From an uncultured Desulfovibrionales bacterium (GTDB lineage Bacteria > Desulfobacterota > Desulfovibrionia > Desulfovibrionales > Desulfonatronovibrionaceae): a DNA stretch of 32,000 bases. Positions 1-6,878 of this stretch are shown piece by piece. Within the stretch, counting starts at the first letter, position 1. The number at the start of each line of letters is the position of its first letter. A program made the translations under genes and the position numbers. Under the pieces are notes generated by a model, which made no database searches, was not told where the DNA came from, and worked only from the letters and a program-made list of their open reading frames with translations. The stretch spans positions 265 to 32,264 of the forward strand of contig CAYNNQ010000021.1 in assembly GCA_964398785.1 (NCBI GenBank), given 5' to 3'.

Positions 1-128
1 TCTATTGCTTCTTTTCTTTCCCGGGCAAAGTCTTTTACGCCCCGCCACTCTCCATGTTCAATCGATTCCATCAGATCTTTTTCTTCCTGATCGATTGGTT
101 TAAATGCTTTTGCATTTATTTTATTCAT
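1..128 (-). CDS. BrnA-like antitoxin, 5' part only (gene runs off the left edge)
   Basis: My own minus-strand translation from ATG 128..126 gives MNKINAKAFKPIDQEEKDLMESIEHGEWRGVKDFARERKEAI... The acidic E..L..S.E.GEW..V N-terminus is what I associate with antitoxin partners of DUF497 toxins. The ATG shares one base with the toxin stop (TAATG at 130..126). The toxin-first gene order is typical of BrnTA. Confidence 0.5.
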   Translation of the reverse strand, partial: MNKINAKAFKPIDQEEKDLMESIEHGEWRGVKDFARERKEAI

Positions 129-397
129 TATGCCCCCTTCAAGCCGTATTTCTTTGTGTATTTTCGGCTTGGAAAAGCTGTCTTCAAAAATATATCCTCG
201 TCAATTTCGACGTAAGGAACAATGATTGCGTAATTGTCGATTTCCAAAATATACATTTTTTGTTTTGCAAACCCGAGATTTTCCTCTATTCCAATTATCT
301 TATCCGCTTCAATTAAATAGGCGATTTCTTCAAAGGATATTCCGCGTTCTCGTTTTGAGATCTCGTTTTTATTTGAATTCCAATTCAAATATTTCAT
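128..397 (-). CDS. BrnT-like (DUF497) toxin
   Basis: 89 aa with ATG at 397..395. The N-terminus NWNSNKNEISKRERGISFEEIAYLI resembles the W-D-x-x-K-N...HG-[IV]-S-F-E-E signature of DUF497/BrnT. The C-terminal AFPSRKYTKKY resembles the family's ...SARKATKKE..Y tail. The region is AT-rich, and the stop is coupled to the downstream antitoxin start. Confidence 0.65.
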   Translation of the reverse strand: MKYLNWNSNKNEISKRERGISFEEIAYLIEADKIIGIEENLGFAKQKMYILEIDNYAIIVPYVEIDEDIFLKTAFPSRKYTKKYGLKGA

Positions 398-709
398 ATA
401 AATTATATATGCCGTTGCCTGCCTTTTGTCAACACGATCATAAACGGGGGCGAACTTGAAGCGGCTACGGTATTATCTTGGTTTTGCTCATAAGTACCAG
501 CCTGACCCTGGGGCGGGCGATTCCTTTCTTTGTAACCTAGTCCACAGTCTATCCGCGGTTCCGACTACCCGCACCAACCGGTTTTACAACCCACGCATTG
601 CCTGCTATCAATCGCTCTGTCCGCGCCGATATGCCGGAGGGGCGGGTTAAAAACTCACATTTTATAAGTGGGCCCGGTCCCATTTACGAGTATGGTGAAC
701 AGATAGGCT

Positions 710-1909
710 ATGGTCGTAGAGAAAAGAAAAGTCCTAGTCACCGGAGCGGGGTGTATCTGCAGCGCAGGGCCGGACGTCCCCTCGTGCACAGCCGCCCTTT
801 ACTCCGGGGATTTTTCCCCACCGCTCCCCCCGAAGGATTTCATGCCCGGGTTTGAGCAGGACTTCCCGGTTTTTGCCTGCAAAAAGCATTTGCACCCTTC
901 TTACCAAGACGAAAAAAACGTGTTTGTCAGCTCCTCCTTTGCCCTGCAGGCCGCCTTGGAAGCCCTGCATAACGCCCGAATCGACCCCGGGGAACTCAGC
1001 CGAAGCCGCACCGGGATATGCATCGGAACCACGGTCGGGGCCTCGCTCAACATCCTTGATTTCTACAAGCACTGGAAAGAAGGCGGGGACCCGGATCTGG
1101 AACAGATATACCGCTACATGCGCAGCAACCCCGCCCTTTTCCTGCAAAAAAAGTTCGGACTATCCGGGCCGGTGCAGACAAGCACCAACGCCTGCTCCAG
1201 CGGAACCGACGCCATCGGTGTTGGCAGGCAATGGATTCAGCAGGGCCTGTGCGATCGGGTGATCGCCGGGGGAACGGATGAATTGAACGAACTGGCCTAT
1301 AACGGTTTCATCCGGCTCATGAACTGCAGCCTTGAGCCCTGCCGCCCGTTCGATGCCGAGCGCAAGGGCCTAAATCTGGGCGAGGGAGCGGGCATACTTG
1401 TCCTGGAAGCCGAAAAAAACGCGGAAAAACACGGAGCGGACATCCTGGGGGAGGTCGCCGCGTACTCGACCGCGGCGGACGCCCATCACCTGACCGCCCC
1501 CCACCCGGAGGCAAAAGGGCTTGAAATCGCCTTTTCCCGGGTGCTTGAACAGACCGGCATACAAACCCGGGACATCGGTGTAATCAATGTGCACGGCACG
1601 GGGACCACGGCCAACGATCAGGCCGAGGCCCATCTTCTCGCCCGCGGCCCGAAATCGGTTCCCTTTTTCGGGACCAAGGGCATGACCGGACACACCCTGG
1701 GAGCGGCCGGGGCAATGGAAGCAGTGTTCTCCCTGTATTGCCTGCGGGAAAAGAAAGTTCCCCCCACGCCCGGCTTCAACACCCCGGACCCGGAACTCGG
1801 AGTCGCCCCGGCAAAGGGAGGAACCGAGTTAAGCGGTCCCTGGGCGGTTTCCCAATCCCTGGCCTTCGGCGGGAACAATTCGGTTCTTCTCCTCAAGGGG
1901 GAGGGATAG
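710..1909 (+). CDS. beta-ketoacyl-ACP synthase (KAS I/II family), cluster KS-1
   Basis: 399 aa with ATG at 710. All three catalytic motifs are present: active-site Cys in TNACSSGTDAIG, first His in DAHHLTAP, second His in NVHGTGT. The GHTLGAAG loop and FGGNN C-terminus are also present, giving a canonical Cys-His-His KS. Confidence 0.9.
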   Translation: MVVEKRKVLVTGAGCICSAGPDVPSCTAALYSGDFSPPLPPKDFMPGFEQDFPVFACKKHLHPSYQDEKNVFVSSSFALQAALEALHNARIDPGELSRSRTGICIGTTVGASLNILDFYKHWKEGGDPDLEQIYRYMRSNPALFLQKKFGLSGPVQTSTNACSSGTDAIGVGRQWIQQGLCDRVIAGGTDELNELAYNGFIRLMNCSLEPCRPFDAERKGLNLGEGAGILVLEAEKNAEKHGADILGEVAAYSTAADAHHLTAPHPEAKGLEIAFSRVLEQTGIQTRDIGVINVHGTGTTANDQAEAHLLARGPKSVPFFGTKGMTGHTLGAAGAMEAVFSLYCLREKKVPPTPGFNTPDPELGVAPAKGGTELSGPWAVSQSLAFGGNNSVLLLKGEG

Positions 1910-1911
1910 CC

Positions 1912-2787
1912 ATGTATATACTCGGAAAAGGGATAACCGGACCCTTTGGGGGATGGCCGGAATTTAAAGATATCGTCCGGGAGGGCAGACCCCTTTTCGG
2001 GACCGAAGAAAAACACGCTGAAAACCGGGATTTGAGCCGTTTTGTCTCTACCCGGTTCAAACGCCGCCTGGATCACTTCACCAAAATGATCCTCACGGCC
2101 GCGCATCTGGCCCTGGAAGACATGCAGCAGGAAGGAGGGGAAGACCCGGGACGTTTGGGGATCATCCTTACAAGCGGCTACGGGCCCTGTCAGACCACTT
2201 TCGACTTTCTGGACGGAATGATCGATCACGGCCCGAATATGGCTTCTCCCCTGGCCTTCTCCCATTCCGTGCACAATGTCCCGGCCGGAATCCTGGCCAT
2301 GTCCCTCAAGGAGAGCTGTCCGTGCACAAGCATCTGCCAGCCGCAAATGCCGGTATTCTCCGGGCTTGTCCAGGCCGGGGCCTGGCTTGAGCAGGGAGTG
2401 GCGGATACCGTTTTGCTCGGGGCGGCGGATGAGGATACCGAACTCTTGCGCTACTGCCTGGGGCGGATACATCCAGGACTTTCACGCGAGAACACCCTGG
2501 TCCAGGAAGGAGCGGCCTTTTTTTGCCTTAAAAAAACAGCAGAACACCGGCCGCAGGCCAAATTGACTCTGGCCGCCCCCGGGGAAAAAAGTCCGGCTGA
2601 AACCCGGGAGGCGAATCTTTTGGGCATACATCCTTCCTTTCCGGTCCGGGCCGCATTTGAGATGGCCGCATTTATGGCCGGGAAAAAGGATGCAAAAATA
2701 GCTTTGGCTGAAAAAAACCTCTCCGGGGACAAGGCGTTTATATGTATGCATTCACCGAATTCTGCTGATAACCATGCAAAAATATAA
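1912..2787 (+). CDS. truncated KS-like protein (chain-length-factor-like partner of KS-1)
   Basis: I chose the internal ATG at 1912, which follows GGGGAGGGA (SD) and lies 2 nt after the KS-1 stop. The track ORF start at 1738 would overlap KS-1. The product is 291 aa and begins MYILGKGITGPFGG. It has thiolase-fold N-half features (GIILTSGYGP, LLGAADE) but lacks the HxTxP, HGTGT and GHxxGAAG motifs. It is about 100 aa shorter than the real KSs. Confidence 0.7.
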   Translation: MYILGKGITGPFGGWPEFKDIVREGRPLFGTEEKHAENRDLSRFVSTRFKRRLDHFTKMILTAAHLALEDMQQEGGEDPGRLGIILTSGYGPCQTTFDFLDGMIDHGPNMASPLAFSHSVHNVPAGILAMSLKESCPCTSICQPQMPVFSGLVQAGAWLEQGVADTVLLGAADEDTELLRYCLGRIHPGLSRENTLVQEGAAFFCLKKTAEHRPQAKLTLAAPGEKSPAETREANLLGIHPSFPVRAAFEMAAFMAGKKDAKIALAEKNLSGDKAFICMHSPNSADNHAKI

Positions 2788-3961
2788 ACTCACAAAAGAG
2801 GATATTCTTCTTATCCTCAGCGGGATGATCAAGGCCGGGCTCATCGCCCGGGGAGAATACCCGGACTTTATTTTTCGTCCCGGCCCCCTTCCCCCGGAGT
2901 CCCGGATCGGCGCGCAGGGGCTTAATCTAAGCGAGTCCGAGGCAAGCAATCTGCGCCGCCGCGCGGAAGAGATGTTCGGGGGAACTCTCCCGGAAGGGGC
3001 CGCACTGGAAGAGTGGGCGGAGGTCTTGCACGCGGCCCGGAAAAGTTCCGGGCGGGAAAAAATCGTCTTTCACACCTCGGGCAGCACCGGCGAGCCCAAA
3101 CCGAACGCGCACGACTATGCCCTGCTGGCCCAGGAGATCGACTGCCAGAAAGAACTGTACCTGGGGACCGAAAGGATCGTCAGCTTTGTTTTTCCCCAGC
3201 ACATCTACGGCTTTCTGTTCACGATCATGCTCCCCAAGGCCCTGGGGTGCCCGGCGCTTTCCCATCCACCGTTCCCGTCCCGGAAAATAATCGAGGATCT
3301 GCGGGAAAACGATCTGGTGCTCGGATTTCCCCTTTTCTGGAACAAACTTCTGGAAACCGGGAAAACCGTGCCCAGAGGCGTATCCGGAGTAACCTCCACC
3401 GCACCCTGCCCCCGGGAAACAATCCTCAGACTCATGGAAAACGGATTTGAAAAAATAACCGAGATATACGGCTCCTCGGAAACCGGGGGAATCGGCACCC
3501 GGAGTCATCCGGACAAGCCATACACCCTGCTTTCCTGCTGGAACGCCCCCGGCCCGGAAAACCCCGGGCATTTAACCCGAGAGCATCCGGCAAGCAAAAA
3601 GACCCTGTCCTATCCGGTCCCGGATGCGATCACCTGGCTTGGCCCGGACACATTCCTCCCCAGGGGCAGAACGGACAGCGCGGTACAGGTAGCCGGAACC
3701 AATGTCTATCCGAAAAAAATAGAAAACATCCTTTTAAAGCACCCCGAAATCCGGGAGTGCGCCGTCCGTCTCATGCGCCCGGAGGAAGGCTCTAGACTGA
3801 AGGTGTTTATAGTCCCGCAAGGGACGAAGGACCCGGAGGAACTGCGCCGGGAACTTGCGGCCTGGATGAAAAAACACTTGACTGCGGCGGAAATTCCCAA
3901 AAAGATAAATTCGGGATGCGAACTCCCCAAAAACGCCATGGGCAAGATTCAGGACTGGTAA
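2774..3961 (+). CDS. short ANL-superfamily adenylating enzyme (acyl/aryl-AMP ligase, probable starter-unit loader)
   Basis: 395 aa with ATG at 2774, overlapping the upstream gene by 14 nt. Motifs read: FHTSGSTGEPK (A3 P-loop), YGSSETGG (A5), GRTDSAVQVAGTNVYP (A8) and the C-terminal PKNAMGKIQ (A10 Lys). Confidence 0.85.
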   Translation: MQKYKLTKEDILLILSGMIKAGLIARGEYPDFIFRPGPLPPESRIGAQGLNLSESEASNLRRRAEEMFGGTLPEGAALEEWAEVLHAARKSSGREKIVFHTSGSTGEPKPNAHDYALLAQEIDCQKELYLGTERIVSFVFPQHIYGFLFTIMLPKALGCPALSHPPFPSRKIIEDLRENDLVLGFPLFWNKLLETGKTVPRGVSGVTSTAPCPRETILRLMENGFEKITEIYGSSETGGIGTRSHPDKPYTLLSCWNAPGPENPGHLTREHPASKKTLSYPVPDAITWLGPDTFLPRGRTDSAVQVAGTNVYPKKIENILLKHPEIRECAVRLMRPEEGSRLKVFIVPQGTKDPEELRRELAAWMKKHLTAAEIPKKINSGCELPKNAMGKIQDW

Positions 3962-3981
3962 CGAATAAAGGAAAAAAAGAC

Positions 3982-4188
3982 ATGATTGCAAACAAAAACC
4001 GCATTCTTGCAGCGGCAACCGGAGTGCTGCTTTTGCCCCTTTTTTCCTGCACCCCGGTCAAAAAGGCCGGGCACGGCGTGGGCGAGGCCACGGGCAAGAC
4101 GGTCAAGACCATAAAGGAAATACCCGGGGAGATTAAGAAAGGATATAAAAAGGGCAGGACCGAAAACCCCGCCCCTGATGGAAACTAG
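3982..4188 (+). CDS. small Lys-rich lipoprotein (hypothetical)
   Basis: I chose the internal ATG at 3982 (upstream AAAGGAAAAAAAGAC), 20 nt after the ligase stop. The 68 aa product, MIANKNRILAAATGVLLLPLFSC..., has a signal peptide plus lipobox L-F-S-C. Its small size limits confidence. Confidence 0.45.
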   Translation: MIANKNRILAAATGVLLLPLFSCTPVKKAGHGVGEATGKTVKTIKEIPGEIKKGYKKGRTENPAPDGN

Positions 4189-4189
4189 C

Positions 4190-4210
4190 AAACAGCCTAT
4201 TGGGCTGTTT
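4190..4210. terminator. hairpin between convergent lipoprotein genes (possible bidirectional terminator)
   Basis: The stem aaacagcc (4190-4197) pairs with ggctgttt (4203-4210) across the loop tattg, followed by ttct. It overlaps the stop codon of the minus-strand gene. The U-run is short, so this call is weak. Confidence 0.3.
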
Positions 4211-4604
4211 TCTGCTGCATTCTGCGCATTATTGCCTGATCCAGATAATGGATCCAGCCGTTATAGCGTCTATGGATCACGTCCCCGGAATGGCGCATAT
4301 TTCGACTGTCCTTGTACTTGATGCTGTAGCTCTTGTTGTCATAATATATATCCACCTGAGCCATGAGCTTGCCATGATCCAGTGTAGCCACCATATGCCC
4401 CGGGGATTTCTTTTCCGCATGCCACCCCTTGTCCATACATCCCTTGTAGACTGCATCCGCCACCTGCTGAGTGGTAAGTTGTTCGCCGGATTTTGTTGGA
4501 ACCGGGGCCTCGTTTATGTTGTTAATCGGGGCCTCCACAATACAGGCAGTCAAGAAAAGCACTGAAACCAAAGAAATACACCAAGCGCAAAATCTGGGAT
4601 TCAT
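4197..4604 (-). CDS. lipoprotein of unknown function, last gene of the minus-strand KS operon
   Basis: 135 aa with ATG at 4604..4602, preceded by a strong SD (AGGAGG in aaactaggaggtttatATG). The signal peptide has lipobox L-T-A-C (VLFLTAC). It lies 14 nt downstream of the PlsC-like gene. The region is visibly lower in GC than its neighbours. Confidence 0.65.
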   Translation of the reverse strand: MNPRFCAWCISLVSVLFLTACIVEAPINNINEAPVPTKSGEQLTTQQVADAVYKGCMDKGWHAEKKSPGHMVATLDHGKLMAQVDIYYDNKSYSIKYKDSRNMRHSGDVIHRRYNGWIHYLDQAIMRRMQQKTAQ

Positions 4605-4618
4605 ATAAACCTCCTAGT

Positions 4619-5380
4619 TTACGATGCCTCCAGACAGGAAAGCATCATTTTTCTGACATGTCCGGACATGGCCTTTGCCGGTCTTTTCTCCCGAGCGAAA
4701 CCCTGGGGATAAACCGGGTCAAAGAAACACATCCCTATCTGTCCGGGATAAAAGACCTTCTTTCCCGGAGGAAGCAGCCTTGCTGTACCCTTTATGCACA
4801 ACGGAACCACCGGGACATCGGTGCGCTGGGAAATCTGAAACGCGCCGGTCTTGAACCCGGCTAGCACTTCCTCTTTTCTTCGGGTCCCTTCCGGAAAAAA
4901 AAGCAGGCTTATTCCGTTGTTCAACAGTTCCCTGGCCCGGGCGAGAAACGTCTCCGGATCAAGATCCGCGTCCAAATACCCGGACATGCGCATGAACGGG
5001 GCCAGAAAAGGCACCCGGAACGGCCATCCCCGGACAACCATGGAAACGGCCCAGATCGGCTGGGCCCCGAAACAGTATATATCCAGAATGGACTGGTGGT
5101 TGGCGACAAATATATATGGCGGGGAATTCAGATTCTCCTCGCCGCTCTTGTCGAAGCCCAAAAGGGGCTTGCTGGCCAGATACCAAGCTCGGCCGTAAAG
5201 CCAGATCAAAAAAAGACCAAGCCTTACCCCTTTTTTTTCGGAAAGAAATTTACCTGCGGCCAGGACAAAGGGCATGATCGCCAGGGAAAAAAGCACCAAA
5301 ACACCCTTTACCAGGTAAAGCCAGACATTGAAGACAAGCCTTAAAAGAAGGGGGCTTTGGATTCTTCCAGCCTTGATCAT
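4619..5380 (-). CDS. PlsC-type lysophospholipid/1-acyl-glycerol-3-phosphate acyltransferase (LPLAT family)
   Basis: 253 aa with N-terminal hydrophobic helices. It carries the HX4D motif (NHQSILD) and the FPEGTR motif. Its ATG at 5380..5378 overlaps the ACP stop (ATGA at 5377-5380). Confidence 0.85.
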   Translation of the reverse strand: MIKAGRIQSPLLLRLVFNVWLYLVKGVLVLFSLAIMPFVLAAGKFLSEKKGVRLGLFLIWLYGRAWYLASKPLLGFDKSGEENLNSPPYIFVANHQSILDIYCFGAQPIWAVSMVVRGWPFRVPFLAPFMRMSGYLDADLDPETFLARARELLNNGISLLFFPEGTRRKEEVLAGFKTGAFQISQRTDVPVVPLCIKGTARLLPPGKKVFYPGQIGMCFFDPVYPQGFAREKRPAKAMSGHVRKMMLSCLEAS

Positions 5381-5655
5381 TTCCCTATACCTAATCCGTC
5401 CCGCCTGTATTGTTCATATTTTTTCAGGATGTATTCATGCAAATCGCTGACAGTCCGAATTTCCTTCAGTTCTTCTCTGTTCTTGAGTTTAAAACCGAAG
5501 GCCTGCTCCAGGGCAACCACCATATCCACATAGTCCAGGCTGTCCAGTTCCAGGTCCTCGATAAAGCTCGTCTCGGGCCGGAGTTCATCCTCTTCCAATT
5601 CAAACTCCTCGGCCAGGGAGGAATTTATTGTCTGCACTATTTCCGAACGATTCAT
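5377..5655 (-). CDS. acyl carrier protein (cluster ACP-A)
   Basis: 92 aa with the phosphopantetheine attachment motif LELDSLDYVDMVVALE. Its ATG overlaps the KS-2 stop (ATGA at 5652-5655). Confidence 0.85.
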   Translation of the reverse strand: MNRSEIVQTINSSLAEEFELEEDELRPETSFIEDLELDSLDYVDMVVALEQAFGFKLKNREELKEIRTVSDLHEYILKKYEQYRRDGLGIGK

Positions 5656-6878
5656 GGATCATATCTCCTGATCAAAAGGGCCGTATTGATACCCCCAAAG
5701 GCAAAGTTGTTTTTTAATACCGTACGCACCTCCTTTGTGCAATCCTCACATATAAGATTGACTCCAGCACAGTCCGGATCGATATTTTCCAGGTTATTGG
5801 TCCCGAGGAGTAATCCCTCCTGCATCATGCACCCCACAGCAGCGACTTCCAGAGCACCGCTGGCGGCCATAGTATGCCCCAAGTGCCCTTTTAGGCTGCT
5901 CACGGGAACGGAATCACCAAAAATCCGGGCCAGAACCGCGGCCTCGTCCGCATCCCCCTGAATGGTGGAGGTGGCGTGCGCGTTTATGTAATCTACATCC
6001 CCGGGGGCGGCTCCCGCGCTTTGCAAAGCGGACAGGATGCACTCGTGCATTGTCCGCGGATCCGGGCTGACCAGGTTCTTGGCGCAGTTCATGGACCATC
6101 CGGCGATTTCCCCCAGAATGGGGACCCCGCGCTTAAAGGCGGAGGGCAGGGACTCCAGGACCAACACCCCGCCTCCCTCGGAGCAGACAACCCCGTCCCG
6201 ATCCGCGTCAAAGGGCCGGGAGGCGCGTCCGGGATCATCCCAACTTTTGACCGAGGCCGCATCCATCATGTCAAAGGTGCCCACGGTAAGGGGATGGACC
6301 TCGTCCGCCCCGCCGCAAAGCATCACATCCTGCTTGCCCGCGGCTATGGCCTCGGCCCCGAGGGCTATGGCCTGTCCTCCGGTGGCGCAGGCAGCACCCG
6401 GGGAAATGACCCGGCCGCTTATGCCCAGATACTGGGCCACATTGGCCGCGCAGCTGTGATTCATTATCTTGAAGAAATTGGTGGAGCGGATCTGCTCCAC
6501 GCCGGTACCGTGCACAAGATACTTGCGGAAAACATCCTCCAGGACGTAGGGGCTGTTCACCGTACTGGAGATACTCGCCCCGACTCTGCCGCCGCCAAGA
6601 AAGACCTCATCCAGACCGGCCATCCCAACCGCCTCCCTGGAGGCAAGTGCGGCAAATATACCCATCCTGGACATGCTACGGCGAAAGCGCCGGGGAATAT
6701 CCTTTTCCGGCAACTCGGGCACATAAACGCCTGTATTGCTATCCAGACCGGGTATATTTTCCAGTCCCGGATTGTACTCTATCCGGGTTTCCCCCTTTTT
6801 CAATCCGGACCACATACAATCCGTACCCAAGCCGTATGCGGAAACAGCCCCGGTTCCGGTAATCACGACTCTTTGCAC
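5652..6878 (-). CDS. beta-ketoacyl-ACP synthase, cluster KS-2 (atypical: Asn at the first catalytic His position)
   Basis: 408 aa with a GTG start at 6878..6876, preceded by AGGAAGG. Motifs read: active-site Cys in PGAACATGGQAI, second His in NAHATST, Lys in SSLKGHLGH and the FGGINT C-terminus. The segment that aligns with DAYHMTSP of FabF reads CAKNLVSP. Confidence 0.85.
   Translation of the reverse strand: MQRVVITGTGAVSAYGLGTDCMWSGLKKGETRIEYNPGLENIPGLDSNTGVYVPELPEKDIPRRFRRSMSRMGIFAALASREAVGMAGLDEVFLGGGRVGASISSTVNSPYVLEDVFRKYLVHGTGVEQIRSTNFFKIMNHSCAANVAQYLGISGRVISPGAACATGGQAIALGAEAIAAGKQDVMLCGGADEVHPLTVGTFDMMDAASVKSWDDPGRASRPFDADRDGVVCSEGGGVLVLESLPSAFKRGVPILGEIAGWSMNCAKNLVSPDPRTMHECILSALQSAGAAPGDVDYINAHATSTIQGDADEAAVLARIFGDSVPVSSLKGHLGHTMAASGALEVAAVGCMMQEGLLLGTNNLENIDPDCAGVNLICEDCTKEVRTVLKNNFAFGGINTALLIRRYDP

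Noticed and set aside
540-600. tRNA-3'-end-like string (gcggttccgactacccgcaccaacc) that could mark an integration att site next to the TA module
   Set aside because: The loop TTCCGAC does not fit the T-loop consensus (TTCRANY). No acceptor or anticodon arms can be drawn, and I found no matching direct repeat elsewhere in the window.
456-855. Track ORFs 456-650 and 598-855 (+) upstream of or overlapping the KS-1 start
   Set aside because: They have a TTG start or no SD and low-complexity translations. The 598-855 ORF overlaps the well-supported KS-1 N-terminus in another frame.
1738-1911. Upstream extension of the KS-like ORF as given in the track (start 1738)
   Set aside because: It would overlap KS-1 by 172 nt in another frame and translates as Pro/Arg/Gly-rich junk. 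ATG 1912 has a strong SD and gives the family-typical MYILGKG start.
1618-2472. 284 aa minus-strand ORF overlapping KS-1 and the KS-like gene; also 2927-3571 (-) overlapping the ligase
   Set aside because: These are antisense shadow ORFs without motifs. The plus-strand genes are supported by catalytic motifs and translational coupling.
4200-4565. 121 aa plus-strand ORF antisense to the 135 aa lipoprotein gene
   Set aside because: The minus-strand gene has a strong AGGAGG SD, a signal peptide and a lipobox, and it sits 14 nt behind its operon partner. The plus-strand ORF has none of these.
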